Source of the DNA: Bacteroidota bacterium
Lineage (GTDB): Bacteria; Bacteroidota; Ignavibacteria; UBA10030
DNA length: 64,000 nt
Assembly: GCA_040901865.1 (NCBI GenBank)
Contig: JBBDYD010000137.1
Span: forward strand, 13,089 to 77,088
Direction of reading: 5' to 3'
Part shown: one piece after another, positions 9,649 to 19,862 of the stretch
How positions within the stretch are numbered: position 1 is the stretch's first letter
How the letters are laid out: every line of letters begins with the position of its first letter
The notes under the pieces: generated by a model
What the model saw: only the letters and a program-made list of their open reading frames with translations
The model's database searches: none
Told to the model about the DNA's origin: nothing
Made by a program: the position numbers and the translations under genes

Positions 9649-10214
9649 TTCTCGTTATTGACAATTATGATTCCTTCACGTACAACCTTGTTCAGTATCT
9701 CGGTGAACTCGGGGCAGAGCAAACCGTTGTTCGCAATGATGCCATCACTCTTGATGATGTTGAGCAAATGGCCCCGAGTCATATTGTCATTTCTCCTGGT
9801 CCCTGCACACCCAACGAAGCGGGGATTTCCGTGGATCTCATTCGGCGATTTCATCGGGGGATACCCATCCTTGGCGTCTGTCTCGGACACCAGTCTGTCG
9901 GACAGGCCTTTGGCGGAAAGATCGTTAAGGCGCCAACGATTATGCATGGAAAAACCTCGGCTATTTATCATGATCAGAGTCATTTGTTCAAGGGCCTTCC
10001 TCGTCCATTCACTGCCACACGGTATCATTCCCTCATCGTCGAACGGGAGAGCCTTCCCCAAACACTTGTTGTTACCGCGTGGACGGAAGATGGCATAATT
10101 ATGGGATTGCGACATACAGAATCGCCTACGTTTGGCGTTCAATTCCATCCGGAATCAATAGCGACGGAGGGTGGAAAGGCTCTCCTGAAGAATTTCCTTT
10201 CCCAACGTCAATGA
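9645..10214 (+). CDS. trpG: Anthranilate synthase component II (glutamine amidotransferase)
   Basis: ILGVCLGHQ (catalytic Cys) and GVQFHPES (His/Glu); 189 aa. Confidence 0.9.
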   Translation: MILVIDNYDSFTYNLVQYLGELGAEQTVVRNDAITLDDVEQMAPSHIVISPGPCTPNEAGISVDLIRRFHRGIPILGVCLGHQSVGQAFGGKIVKAPTIMHGKTSAIYHDQSHLFKGLPRPFTATRYHSLIVERESLPQTLVVTAWTEDGIIMGLRHTESPTFGVQFHPESIATEGGKALLKNFLSQRQ

Positions 10215-10387
10215 CCAACCCATCGAGTTGTTTCGATGACGAGATATGACGTTTTTTTCCAACAAGGATGAACCTTCAGAAGCAGCGGAAATCATTGCAC
10301 GTTTCTATGAGAAAAAGGCGGTGACGAATTACTGACAAACCGCTTGCATCTTCCGACCGAAGTTCGTACCTTGAATCACCTTCAGAA

Positions 10388-10417
10388 ATAGCCCGACTGT
10401 AACGGGCTATTTTTTTT
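10388..10417 (+). terminator. Strong intrinsic terminator/attenuator 9 nt upstream of the rimP start
   Basis: Perfect 8-bp stem atagcccg/cgggctat, 7-nt loop actgtaa, then a 7-T tract. Only the + strand has the T tract. Confidence 0.75.
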
Positions 10418-10425
10418 GGATATCC

Positions 10426-10893
10426 ATGAACCTTCAGGAAATACGACCAACCGTCACCGAAACGGTCCTTCCGATTCTCTCTCAGCGTGACGCTTTTCTG
10501 GTTGACCTGCAGTTGCGCATGGAGCGAAAGTCTGTGGTTGTTCAACTTTTCGTCGACACGGATGATGGAATCACAATCCAACGATGCGCGGATCTTAGCC
10601 GGGAGATGATCGCTGTGCTGGAGAAGGAAAGAGTATTGGGAGACCATGGATTCCGGCTCGAAGTCTCCTCTCCGGGAATCGACCGGCCGCTGAAACTGTT
10701 GCGGCAGTATCCAAAGAATATCGGGAGGCGGTTCAAGGTCAGATTCAGGCAAGGGGCTGAAGAGAAAGAGATGTTGGGCGCCCTGATCGCGGTTCAAGGG
10801 AATCAATTGACATTTGAGGGCCCGTCCGCGGGCACAACGATTTCGATTCCGTTCGACGAGATCGTAGAATCAAGGGAAGAACTGCCCTGGTAG
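10426..10893 (+). CDS. rimP: Ribosome maturation factor RimP
   Basis: 155 aa, located directly upstream of nusA. LEVSSPGIDRPL motif is typical of RimP. Confidence 0.85.
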   Translation: MNLQEIRPTVTETVLPILSQRDAFLVDLQLRMERKSVVVQLFVDTDDGITIQRCADLSREMIAVLEKERVLGDHGFRLEVSSPGIDRPLKLLRQYPKNIGRRFKVRFRQGAEEKEMLGALIAVQGNQLTFEGPSAGTTISIPFDEIVESREELPW

Positions 10894-10924
10894 CAGGTTC
10901 CCGTCCACTTTGTTTGGAGGAGTA

Positions 10925-12559
10925 ATGAATCACGAAATTGTCGAATCATTTGCCCAAATGGTTCGGGAAAAAGGAATTGACAAAGACATCCTTGTCGGGA
11001 TTGTCGAGGACATTTTCGGCATGATGGTCCGAAAGAAATATGGACTGACGGCACGGTTTGAGGTTGTCGTCAACATGGAGAAGGGCGATATTGAAATCTA
11101 TCTCGAAAAAGATGTGGTGGAAACTGTCGAGGATCCTGCGGTACAGATCGCCGTCAAGGAAGCCCGGCAGCGGAGTGGCGAGGACCTCGACGCAGGCGAG
11201 GAATACGTTGAGATTATCCCGCTGGAGACCTTCGGAAGACGATTGGTTGTCAGTGCTAAACAGAATCTGAATCAACGCATTAAGGAAATTGAACGCGAAT
11301 CGATTTATAATGAATACTCCAGTTCGATCGGGGAGATTGTCGTCGGGGAGATTTATCAGATTCGCAAGGGAAAGGGGGAGATTCTGGTCATTCACAACAA
11401 GAACGAGTTGATTCTTCCTCGCAGTGAGCAGATCTATAAGGAGCGATACAAGAAAGGCGATACTATTCGCGCTCTTGTCAAAGAGGTGCGCAAAGGCGCC
11501 AGCAATCCGGTCGTGATTATTTCGCGCTCGGATCCCCAGTTTCTTATGCGGCTATTCGAAATCGAAATCCCCGAAATTTATGACGGGATTATTGAAATCA
11601 AGCGTATCGCACGAGAACCGGGCGACCGCGCAAAGGTCGCCGTGCTGTCGCACGACGACCGCATCGATGCCGTAGGGGCTTGTGTCGGAATGAAAGGCGT
11701 CCGGATCCATGCCATCGTTCGAGAATTGAACAACGAGAATATCGACGTGATCAACTACTCGGAAGACTCGACTCAATTCATTACGAAGGCCCTGTCCCCT
11801 GCAAAATTGAAGACTGTTGAAATCGATGTGGAAAACAAGAAGGCATCGGTGCTCGTCGCTGCTGATCAGGTTTCACTGGCAATCGGTAAGAACGGTCAGA
11901 ACGTGCGTCTCGCGTCGAAGCTCACGGGATTTGACATTCAGCTGATCAAGGAGGGCGGGGAAGAGGAAGATGAGTACGACATGGATCTGTCGGAGTTCCG
12001 CGAGGAGCTCGGTGATGTTCTCTTCCACAAATTCTTCGATGACAACTATAAAACGGCGCGCGATGTGCTCGATACCCCCAAGGAAACACTCGTGGAAAAC
12101 CTCGGGATTGAACGTGAAAAGATCGACAGTATTGTTGAGATGTTGAGGAAAGGACTTGAGGAGGCCGAGATTGAAGATGAAGAAGACGGCGCCGAAAGCC
12201 CGGCTGAAGCCGCGGCCGGGGAGGCCCCGGTCTCGGAAGAGAAAAAGGAGATCCCGAAAGAAGGCGACGAAAGCCCGGTTGAAACCACGGCTGATCAGGC
12301 CCCGGTCTCGGAAGAGAAAAAGGAGATCCCGGAAGAGGGTGACGAAAGCCCGGTGGAAACCACGGCCGAGCAGGCCCCGGTCTCGGAAGAGAAAAAGGAG
12401 ATCCCGGAAGAGGGTGACGAAAGCCCGGTGGAAACCACGGCCGAGCAGGCCCCGGTCTCGGAAGAGAAAAAGGAGATCCCGGAAGAACGAGATGAACCCA
12501 CAGGCGTACCTGAAGATCAACCTGAAGATCAGCCTGAAGATCAGAAGGATAAACAGTAG
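10925..12559 (+). CDS. nusA: Transcription termination/antitermination factor NusA with a repetitive acidic C-terminal tail
   Basis: GGAGG precedes ATG 10925. S1 region GEIVVGEIYQIRKG; KH motifs GACVGMKGVRIHAIVREL and AIGKNGQNVRLASKLTG. The C-terminus is a 25-aa repeat array. Confidence 0.95.
   Translation: MNHEIVESFAQMVREKGIDKDILVGIVEDIFGMMVRKKYGLTARFEVVVNMEKGDIEIYLEKDVVETVEDPAVQIAVKEARQRSGEDLDAGEEYVEIIPLETFGRRLVVSAKQNLNQRIKEIERESIYNEYSSSIGEIVVGEIYQIRKGKGEILVIHNKNELILPRSEQIYKERYKKGDTIRALVKEVRKGASNPVVIISRSDPQFLMRLFEIEIPEIYDGIIEIKRIAREPGDRAKVAVLSHDDRIDAVGACVGMKGVRIHAIVRELNNENIDVINYSEDSTQFITKALSPAKLKTVEIDVENKKASVLVAADQVSLAIGKNGQNVRLASKLTGFDIQLIKEGGEEEDEYDMDLSEFREELGDVLFHKFFDDNYKTARDVLDTPKETLVENLGIEREKIDSIVEMLRKGLEEAEIEDEEDGAESPAEAAAGEAPVSEEKKEIPKEGDESPVETTADQAPVSEEKKEIPEEGDESPVETTAEQAPVSEEKKEIPEEGDESPVETTAEQAPVSEEKKEIPEERDEPTGVPEDQPEDQPEDQKDKQ
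12182..12487 (+). repeat. 75-bp tandem repeat array (about 4 copies) inside the nusA 3' end
   Basis: Units start at 12224, 12299, 12374 and 12449 (period 75). Units 2 and 3 are identical at the DNA level. Unit 1 has a few substitutions, a degenerate half unit lies at 12182-12223, and the last unit is truncated. Encodes APVSEEKKEIPEEGDESPVETTAEQ. Confidence 0.95.
12509..12544 (+). repeat. 12-bp x3 microrepeat (PEDQ)3 at the nusA 3' end
   Basis: cctgaagatcaa cctgaagatcag cctgaagatcag. Confidence 0.9.
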
Positions 12560-12594
12560 TCGGCGAGAGGCGTTCGAAACAAAAAGAATGGCGC

Positions 12595-15237
12595 ATGGCT
12601 GAACAAGCAGAAAAAAAAGTCAAGGTTTACAAGCTCGCGACAGAACTCAACCTTTCGAGTGATACCCTCATTGAATTTCTGAACAAGAAAGGATTTGAGG
12701 TTAAGAATCACATGAGTTCTGTTACACCGGATATGCTCTCTGCGATCATGTCGCATTTCAAAAAGGAGAAGGATGTCGCCGAGCGGCACCAACGAAAGCT
12801 GAGGGATTTCCGTACTTCGCGGAAGAAGGAAGGTCCTGAGAAATCCGAAAAGAAATCCCGCGATGTGGTAGAGGCAGAGGAGGAGAAGGGATCGGAGGAA
12901 GCCAAAGTCGTCGAAGTGGCGGCCGAAACGACGGTTGAGGAGCCGAAACAGGTCCTGGAAGCGTCCGAACCGCATGTAGTGCCTAAAAAAGAACTGCTGC
13001 CGAGTCTTCCTTCAGAGATTGCCGTAACACCGGTGGCGGAGAAGCAGCCTGAACCCGAACTTGTGCCGGCATCAAGAAAGGCCAAGGCGAAGGGAAAGTC
13101 GGAATCTCCTTTGGCCGCGGCCGTGGCGCGTGGGTCCCGCGGACTGACGATCAAGGGGCGGATGGATCTCGTGCCAGCCAAACCAGATGCAAAGGAGACT
13201 GAAGAAGACGCAAAGAAGAAGAAAAAGAAGAAGAAGAAAATTCGTGACGAGGCAAAGCGTGGCAAGGATGTCGTTGTTCCCCAGGAGTCCGACGAAGCCA
13301 AATCGCGGAAACGAAAAAAGATGCGGCATGCAGCGGTAAGCGAAGCCGAGGTCGACAAGGCCATTCGGGCGACACTTTCGGAAACGGGAGACGAGCAGGC
13401 TGGCACACGTGCCACGTACCGGAAACGTAAGAAACAAGAGCGAGAGGAAGAGGAAGCGCGGATTCAGGAAGAGCTCGAGAAAGAGAAGACTCGCCTGCGT
13501 GTCACGGAGTTTGTGACGGTTGGAGAGCTTGCCGATCTGATGCGGGTCCCGGTGGCGGAAGTGATCCAAAAGTGCATGGCACTCGGAATGATGGTCTCCA
13601 TCAATCAACGAATGGACAAAGACACCATCACCCTGGTCGCGGATGAATTCGGATTACAGATTGAGTTCGAACAGGAGTTTGCTTCAGAAGAACTCGAAGA
13701 CAGGATTGACGATGTCTCCACTCTTACCGCCAGGCCCCCCGTCGTCACCATCATGGGGCACGTTGACCACGGAAAAACCTCACTCCTGGACCACATACGG
13801 AGCGCGAATGTGGTTGCCGGCGAAGCTGGTGGAATCACACAGCACATCGGGGCGTACGAGGTGACCCTCCCCCGCGGAAATCAGATTACGTTTCTGGACA
13901 CCCCTGGTCACGAAGCATTCACGGCAATGCGTGCCCGTGGCGCCCAGGCGACGGATATTGTCGTCCTGGTCGTTGCCGCAGATGACAGCGTCATGCCCCA
14001 AACCGTGGAAGCCATCAGCCACGCCCAGGCAGCGAATGTCCCGATCATCATCGCCATCAACAAGATCGACAAGGGGGATGCCAACGCAGATCGTATCCGG
14101 CAACAACTCTCGGAGAAGGGCGTCCTGGTGGAGGAGTGGGGCGGAAAATACCAGGCAGTCGAACTGTCCGCGCGGACCGGCAAAAATGTTGATCAACTTC
14201 TCGAAAGGATTCTTCTCGAAGCAGAGGTGCTGGATCTGAAGGCAAACGCTTCACGGCCAGCGCGCGGTATTGTGATCGAGGCGGAACTGGACAAGGGAAA
14301 AGGAATCGTCGCGACCGTTCTCGTCCAAAAAGGCAGTCTGCGTATCGGTGATTCGTTTATCGCGGGGGTCTGGAGCGGTCGTGTACGGGCGATGTTTGAT
14401 GAACGCGGAAACCGTGTGGAGGTCTCAAAGCCGTCACAACCTGCGCAGGTGATCGGTTTCGACGGGATCCCGCAATCTGGCGACCAGTTTGTCGTTCTCG
14501 AGGATGAACGCAAAGCGAGGGATATCAGCCTCAAGCGGCAGCAGCTGAAGAGGGAGCAGGATTTCCGCCAGCGTCGTATGATTACGCTGGACGATATCTC
14601 CCAGCAAATTCGCGAAGGACAGGTGAAAGACCTCCCGGTGATCGTGAAAGGGGACGTGGATGGATCCGTCGAAGCTCTTTCTGATTCACTCATGCGTCTT
14701 TCAACAGGGGAAGTCAAGGTCGTCGTGATTCACAAAGGCGTCGGGGCAATCTCTGAATCCGACGTCCTTCTTGCCGCGGCATCGAACGCCGTCATCGTTG
14801 GGTTCCATGTACGGCCCAACCTGAATGCGCGGAAGCTTGCCGAGCAGGAGAATGTGGATATTCGGCTCTATAGCATCATCTACGATGCCATCAACGAAGT
14901 AAAGAGCGCACTGGAGGGGATGCTAACTCCCTCGGTGTCTGAAGAGGTGCTTGCCACTGTCGATGTTCGGGAGATTTTCAAAGTCTCGAAGGTTGGAACA
15001 ATTGCCGGTTGTCATGTCAGAGACGGAAAGATCATGAGAAACAACCGGGTACGCCTCGTGCGCGATGGCCTTGTTGTCTTCGAAGGCACCATCTCCTCCC
15101 TGAAACGATTCAAAGACGACGTCCGCGAGGTTGAACAGGGATTTGAGTGCGGTATCGGCCTCGAAGGATTTAACGACGTTAAGAAGGGCGACAGCATCGA
15201 AGCCTTCAAAATGGTCGAGACAAAACGAAAGTTATAA
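12595..15237 (+). CDS. infB: Translation initiation factor IF-2
   Basis: G domain [25 protein letters not shown]. 880 aa with a charged low-complexity N-terminal half including a K9 run. Follows nusA. Confidence 0.97.
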   Translation: MAEQAEKKVKVYKLATELNLSSDTLIEFLNKKGFEVKNHMSSVTPDMLSAIMSHFKKEKDVAERHQRKLRDFRTSRKKEGPEKSEKKSRDVVEAEEEKGSEEAKVVEVAAETTVEEPKQVLEASEPHVVPKKELLPSLPSEIAVTPVAEKQPEPELVPASRKAKAKGKSESPLAAAVARGSRGLTIKGRMDLVPAKPDAKETEEDAKKKKKKKKKIRDEAKRGKDVVVPQESDEAKSRKRKKMRHAAVSEAEVDKAIRATLSETGDEQAGTRATYRKRKKQEREEEEARIQEELEKEKTRLRVTEFVTVGELADLMRVPVAEVIQKCMALGMMVSINQRMDKDTITLVADEFGLQIEFEQEFASEELEDRIDDVSTLTARPPVVTIMGHVDHGKTSLLDHIRSANVVAGEAGGITQHIGAYEVTLPRGNQITFLDTPGHEAFTAMRARGAQATDIVVLVVAADDSVMPQTVEAISHAQAANVPIIIAINKIDKGDANADRIRQQLSEKGVLVEEWGGKYQAVELSARTGKNVDQLLERILLEAEVLDLKANASRPARGIVIEAELDKGKGIVATVLVQKGSLRIGDSFIAGVWSGRVRAMFDERGNRVEVSKPSQPAQVIGFDGIPQSGDQFVVLEDERKARDISLKRQQLKREQDFRQRRMITLDDISQQIREGQVKDLPVIVKGDVDGSVEALSDSLMRLSTGEVKVVVIHKGVGAISESDVLLAAASNAVIVGFHVRPNLNARKLAEQENVDIRLYSIIYDAINEVKSALEGMLTPSVSEEVLATVDVREIFKVSKVGTIAGCHVRDGKIMRNNRVRLVRDGLVVFEGTISSLKRFKDDVREVEQGFECGIGLEGFNDVKKGDSIEAFKMVETKRKL

Positions 15238-15239
15238 CC

Positions 15240-15596
15240 ATGTCGGTTCGATCGGAACGAGTGGCCTCTCTGATCAAAGAAGAGGTCAGCATGCTGGTAC
15301 AGCGGAATTTCAGCATGGAAGAATACGGTTTTCTGACGATTACCGATGTCCAGATGAGCGCCGATTTGAAGAATGCGCGGATTTTCGTAAGCGTTTTTGG
15401 CGACGCTGCGAGAAAGGAAAAAAGCCTGGCGCTTTTAGAGGAGCAAAAGGGATTCATCCGCTCCGAACTCGCTCACGCTGTCCGGCTGAAGTTTACTCCG
15501 ACAATCGTTTTCGAGCTGGACGAGACACTGGATCGTGCGATGAATATCGAGCGGATCATCAACAAGATTCATAAAGAAGGGTCGGAGAAGGAATGA
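15240..15596 (+). CDS. rbfA: Ribosome-binding factor A
   Basis: 118 aa; RVASLIKEEVS N-terminus and conserved position between infB and truB. Confidence 0.9.
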   Translation: MSVRSERVASLIKEEVSMLVQRNFSMEEYGFLTITDVQMSADLKNARIFVSVFGDAARKEKSLALLEEQKGFIRSELAHAVRLKFTPTIVFELDETLDRAMNIERIINKIHKEGSEKE

Positions 15597-16339
15597 CCGT
15601 CAGCGTAGTGTCCCGGGGCGCGCACGAGCTTGATTGGAATGGACGAGGAGAGGTCCTCCTCGTTGACAAGTCTCCTGATTGGACTTCGTTTGACGTTGTG
15701 AAAAAAACACGCTCCCTTTTTGGCATTCAAAAGCTTGGTCATGCAGGTACGCTTGACCCCCAGGCGACAGGCTTGCTCATCCTTTGCAGCGGACCGAAAA
15801 CAAAAGAGATCGGAAGCTTCGCGGATTTGGACAAGTGCTATACCGGGACTATGGAGCTTGGAATTGTTTCTGCGAGTTTTGACGGAGAAACAGAGGTCAG
15901 TCGGCTTGCAGACCCCTCCAATATCACAGAGGAGTTGCTCCTGGCCTGCATTGCTGCATTTCGCGGAGAGTTACTCCAGACCCCACCGATGTACTCTGCA
16001 GTGAAATATGGGGGAAGACCACTGTACAAGTATGCCAGGGCCGGAAAAACAGTGGAACGGACCGCGAGAAAAATCACGGTTTCGGAATTTGAAGTAACGC
16101 GGTACAAGAACCCTCTGGTGGAATTCCGTGTCAGGTGTTCAAAAGGTACGTATATTCGCTCTTTGGTCAACGATATCGGTGAAAAGCTTGGCTGTGGTGC
16201 AGTGTTGCGTGTCTTGCGACGAACGGCAATCGGCTCGTACAAGGTGGATGATGCCATGACCATCGACGAATTGACCAACCTGCGGAATCAACTGGGGGAA
16301 TCGCCGAAGACCAATGCGGATAGCGCGGCAACTTCCTGA
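15593..16339 (+). CDS. truB: tRNA pseudouridine-55 synthase
   Basis: KLGHAGTLDPQATGLL catalytic Asp motif; conserved operon position. Confidence 0.93.
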   Translation: MTVSVVSRGAHELDWNGRGEVLLVDKSPDWTSFDVVKKTRSLFGIQKLGHAGTLDPQATGLLILCSGPKTKEIGSFADLDKCYTGTMELGIVSASFDGETEVSRLADPSNITEELLLACIAAFRGELLQTPPMYSAVKYGGRPLYKYARAGKTVERTARKITVSEFEVTRYKNPLVEFRVRCSKGTYIRSLVNDIGEKLGCGAVLRVLRRTAIGSYKVDDAMTIDELTNLRNQLGESPKTNADSAATS

Positions 16340-17291
16340 CGTCACGTTTGACAGGAATTCCATTGTCAGCGTGGGTTTTTTTGACGGTGTACACCGTGCG
16401 CATCAGGAAGTGATCCGGGAGGTCTCCCGAAGGTCGCTCGAGCGTGGCGGGAGAAGCGTCATTGTCACGTTCGATCCACACCCGAAACAAGTTCTCGGGC
16501 CGGCACCCAAGGACGTTCGACTTCTCACGACGCTGGATGAACGGACGGAATTGTGCCGGGGACTTGGCGTTGAGTTGTTGTTTGTCATCCCGTTCACCTT
16601 TGAATTTTCACGACAGACATTTCGGGAGTTCTACCTGAAGTATATCGTGAAAGGTGTTGGCGCGAGCGGAGTGATCGAGGGATACGACCATCACTTCGGC
16701 AGAGACAGAGAAGGCAGCATACAGGAGTTGCTCCAGATGGGCAGAGAATTTGATTTCTCGGTGATTGCGATGAAGCCGGTTACCGTGGGAGATGAGATCG
16801 TGAGCAGTTCTGCCATTAGAAATCACCTCCTTCAAGGTGATGTCGGGAGGGCGGCGGAACTTCTGGGCCGTCCGTACAAACTTACGGGTACCGTTGTCCG
16901 TGGAGATGGGCGGGGTAAAGCCCTCGGCTATCCAACTGCGAACATCGCACCCTCTTCTCCGATCAAAATGGTGCCGATGAACGGTATTTACGTCGCCATG
17001 GTTCACGTGAAGTCTTCCGTTTCGTACGGACTTGTGAGCATCGGTACGCGGCCGACGTTTGTGGAACACGGTGAGCGGAGAGTGGAAGCACATCTCCTGG
17101 GCTTTGATGGAGATGTATACGGAGCATCTCTCGATATCCAGTTCCTGAAGCGCCTGCGGGAAGAACGAAAGTTCGATACTCCGCGGGAACTGATTCGTCA
17201 AATGGACGCCGACAAGGAAGCGGGCACCCGTTTTATCCGCGAATACGAAAAAATACTACGGAAACCGTTGGCTGGAACAAGCCGCACATAA
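16314..17291 (+). CDS. ribF: Bifunctional riboflavin kinase / FMN adenylyltransferase
   Basis: [10 protein letters not shown] nucleotidyltransferase motif and [29 protein letters not shown] kinase motif. Overlaps the truB 3' end by 26 nt. Confidence 0.9.
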   Translation: MRIARQLPDVTFDRNSIVSVGFFDGVHRAHQEVIREVSRRSLERGGRSVIVTFDPHPKQVLGPAPKDVRLLTTLDERTELCRGLGVELLFVIPFTFEFSRQTFREFYLKYIVKGVGASGVIEGYDHHFGRDREGSIQELLQMGREFDFSVIAMKPVTVGDEIVSSSAIRNHLLQGDVGRAAELLGRPYKLTGTVVRGDGRGKALGYPTANIAPSSPIKMVPMNGIYVAMVHVKSSVSYGLVSIGTRPTFVEHGERRVEAHLLGFDGDVYGASLDIQFLKRLREERKFDTPRELIRQMDADKEAGTRFIREYEKILRKPLAGTSRT

Positions 17292-17319
17292 TCAAGTTCA
17301 AATATATAAAGGAGTTGCA

Positions 17320-17589
17320 ATGCCAGTCCCCAAGGAACAAAAACTTGAAATCGTAAAGAAATATGGAAAGAGCCCGAACGATACCGGTACGCCGGAGGTT
17401 CAGATCGCTATCCTGACAGCACATATCAATGCGCTCAGTCCTCATCTTGAACTTCACCGGAAGGATCACCACAACCGGTTGGGGCTCCTCAAGATGGTTG
17501 GTAAAAGACGACGGTTGCTTGATTATCTTATGAAAACGGACATCGGTCGTTACAGGACCATAATCCATGAACTCGAAATTCGCAAGTAA
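17320..17589 (+). CDS. rpsO: 30S ribosomal protein S15
   Basis: 89 aa; [11 protein letters not shown]-like [15 protein letters not shown] and [25 protein letters not shown]. Confidence 0.97.
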   Translation: MPVPKEQKLEIVKKYGKSPNDTGTPEVQIAILTAHINALSPHLELHRKDHHNRLGLLKMVGKRRRLLDYLMKTDIGRYRTIIHELEIRK

Positions 17590-17620
17590 CGACACGAACT
17601 ATTAGAAAGAAGAAGAGACG

Positions 17621-19795
17621 ATGATGATTACCAAGCAAATCGAAATAGGCGGAAAAACGTTCACACTCGAAACCGGACGGCTTGCACGACAGGCCCACGG
17701 GGCAGTCATGGCCCGGTACGGAGACACCATGGTTCTCGCAACCGTGGTCAGTATGTATGAACCAAAAGAAGGCCTTGACTATTTTCCCTTGCAGGTCGAA
17801 TACCGCGAGAAGACAGCCGCCGCAGGGAAGATCCCTGGCGGATTCTTCAAACGTGAGGGCAGGCCAACAGAGAAGGAAATCCTCTCGTCGCGCCTGATCG
17901 ACCGCCCTATTCGACCGATGTTCCCCAAGAATTACTTCAACGAAACGCAGATTCTCGTCACCGTGTATTCTTCCGATCAACAGCACGACGGCGACGTCCT
18001 GGGAGCTTGTGCGGCCTCTGCTGCCCTCATGGTCTCGGATGTCCCTTTTGACGGGCCCATCGCTGAAGTCCGGGTCGGACGCGTCAATGGCGCCTTCATC
18101 GTGAATCCGACCTTTGCGGAACTCGCCGGAAGTGACCTCGATCTTATCGTGGCCGGAACCGACGACTCGGTTGTCATGGTCGAAGGCGAATCGCTTCAGG
18201 TATCAGAGGCGGATGTTCTCGCCGCACTTCGCTTTGCGCACGAACACATCAAAGCGCTGTGTGCGATCCAGAAGGACCTTGCCGCGGCAGTCAAAGTCCC
18301 CAAACGACCACTGGTCGAAGACGCGTTTCCGGATGGGATGGAAGCAGCCGTTCAGAAGCTTGCTGCAGACCGATTGAAGAACTTGAGCAGAACGATTCTC
18401 TCGAAGGAACAACGGTCGGCCGAAACGACCAAGGTTTATGAAGACACGAGAAAGGCGTTTGAGGAGCAATTTCCCGATTCGGCGGAATTGGTCAACGAAA
18501 TTCTCCACGACCTGGAAAGCGAATCCATGCGTTCCACGATTCTGTCCGAAGGCAAGCGGCTCGACGGGCGCGGACTCGCCGATATCCGCACCATTACGTC
18601 AGAAGTCGGAGTGCTCCCGAGAACTCATGGTTCAGCTCTCTTTACGAGAGGAGAAACTCAAAGTCTCACGTCTGTGACACTTGGCACGAAAACTGATGAA
18701 CAGATCCTTGACGGTCTGTTGCCGGAGACAACCAAGCGATTCATGCTCCACTACAATTTTCCTTCATTCAGCGTTGGAGAGGTTGGTCGGCTTGGAACGG
18801 GGAGACGCGAAGTGGGACACGGAAACCTGGCTGAACGGGCGCTTAAGAACCTCATGCCGCCGGAAACGGATTTCCCGTACACGATTCGCATTGTTTCCGA
18901 TATCCTCGAGTCCAACGGTTCTTCCTCCATGGCGACAGTCTGCGCCGGGACTTTGGCGCTTTTCGATGCAGGAGTTCCGCTCAAAAAGGCCGTGGCAGGT
19001 ATTGCCATGGGGCTTGTGAAGGAGAAAGACCGGATCGCAATCCTCAGTGACATTCTCGGAAACGAGGATCATCTGGGCGACATGGATTTCAAGGTTGCCG
19101 GAACCGGTGATGGGATCACCGCCTTACAAATGGACATCAAGATCAAAGGCATTTCCTTCGACATCATCGAAAAAGCGCTTGCCCAGGCACGTGATGGCCG
19201 CCTGCATATCCTGCACACAATGAATCAGGTGATGGCAAGTCCTCGGCCAGATCTCTCGCAATATGCTCCGCGACTGCAAACCCTGAAAATTCCTGTGGAT
19301 ATGATCGGTGCGCTCATCGGACCGGGCGGAAAGAACATCCGCCAGATCGTTAAGGATTCTGGTGCCGAGATCAACATCGAGGATGACGGCACGGTCACGG
19401 TTGCAGCAGTCGAGCGTGAGTCGGCGGATAAAGCAATCGCTGCAATTATGCGAATGACGGAAGCCCCGGAAGTGGGAAAAGTCTACCGGGCAACGGTGAA
19501 GAAGATCATGGAGTTCGGCGCATTTGTCGAAATTCTTCCCGGCAGGGAGGGGCTTGTTCATATTTCCCAACTCGATGTCAACCGTGTCAACAAGGTCGAG
19601 GACCTTGTGAAGCTCGGTGACCAGATCGATGTGAAGTTGATGAAGATCGATACTGAAGGCAGGCTGAGCCTGAGTCGCAAAGCGCTTCTGCCGGGCGGGG
19701 AAAATGCCCTGGAAGAGATGAACCGTCCACGAAAACCGAGACCCGACGGGCCTGGCAGGGACAGCAGGCGGCCGCAGGAATCCCGGCACCGCTAA
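17621..19795 (+). CDS. pnp: Polyribonucleotide nucleotidyltransferase (PNPase)
   Basis: Two RNase PH domains (ESNGSSSMATVCAG), KH (IGPGGKNIR) and S1 (GKVYRATVKKIMEFGAFVEI). Confidence 0.97.
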   Translation: MMITKQIEIGGKTFTLETGRLARQAHGAVMARYGDTMVLATVVSMYEPKEGLDYFPLQVEYREKTAAAGKIPGGFFKREGRPTEKEILSSRLIDRPIRPMFPKNYFNETQILVTVYSSDQQHDGDVLGACAASAALMVSDVPFDGPIAEVRVGRVNGAFIVNPTFAELAGSDLDLIVAGTDDSVVMVEGESLQVSEADVLAALRFAHEHIKALCAIQKDLAAAVKVPKRPLVEDAFPDGMEAAVQKLAADRLKNLSRTILSKEQRSAETTKVYEDTRKAFEEQFPDSAELVNEILHDLESESMRSTILSEGKRLDGRGLADIRTITSEVGVLPRTHGSALFTRGETQSLTSVTLGTKTDEQILDGLLPETTKRFMLHYNFPSFSVGEVGRLGTGRREVGHGNLAERALKNLMPPETDFPYTIRIVSDILESNGSSSMATVCAGTLALFDAGVPLKKAVAGIAMGLVKEKDRIAILSDILGNEDHLGDMDFKVAGTGDGITALQMDIKIKGISFDIIEKALAQARDGRLHILHTMNQVMASPRPDLSQYAPRLQTLKIPVDMIGALIGPGGKNIRQIVKDSGAEINIEDDGTVTVAAVERESADKAIAAIMRMTEAPEVGKVYRATVKKIMEFGAFVEILPGREGLVHISQLDVNRVNKVEDLVKLGDQIDVKLMKIDTEGRLSLSRKALLPGGENALEEMNRPRKPRPDGPGRDSRRPQESRHR

Positions 19796-19862
19796 CGGTC
19801 TCTTGGACTCTTGAGTTCCTTGCGGTCAGGTCCTTTCGTTCCGCATATTTTGTTTCACCGTT

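Noticed and set aside
8158-10214. Whether trpE/trpG are really pabB/pabA (aminodeoxychorismate synthase)
   Set aside because: The large subunit keeps the LLES...RYSF tryptophan-feedback motif typical of TrpE, so I kept the anthranilate synthase call. The rest of the trp operon is simply elsewhere.
11873-12623. Long ORFs in other frames and on the other strand across the nusA 3' end (215 and 225 aa on the minus strand, 148 aa Arg/Lys-rich on the + strand)
   Set aside because: They are kept open only by the 75-bp tandem repeat and give low-complexity repetitive peptides. The nusA frame is the one continuous with the conserved KH domains.
13190-13245. Purine-only (AAG/AAA)n tract, considered as a simple repeat or slippery site
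   Set aside because: It is in frame within infB and simply encodes the K9 run of the IF-2 N-terminal linker. There is no evidence of frameshifting or of an independent element.
12708-13608. Antisense ORFs of 235 and 178 aa opposite the infB 5' half
   Set aside because: They lie opposite the low-complexity Lys/Glu-rich N-terminal region of IF-2 and are Ser/Phe-rich mirror translations. They have no start context and no motifs.
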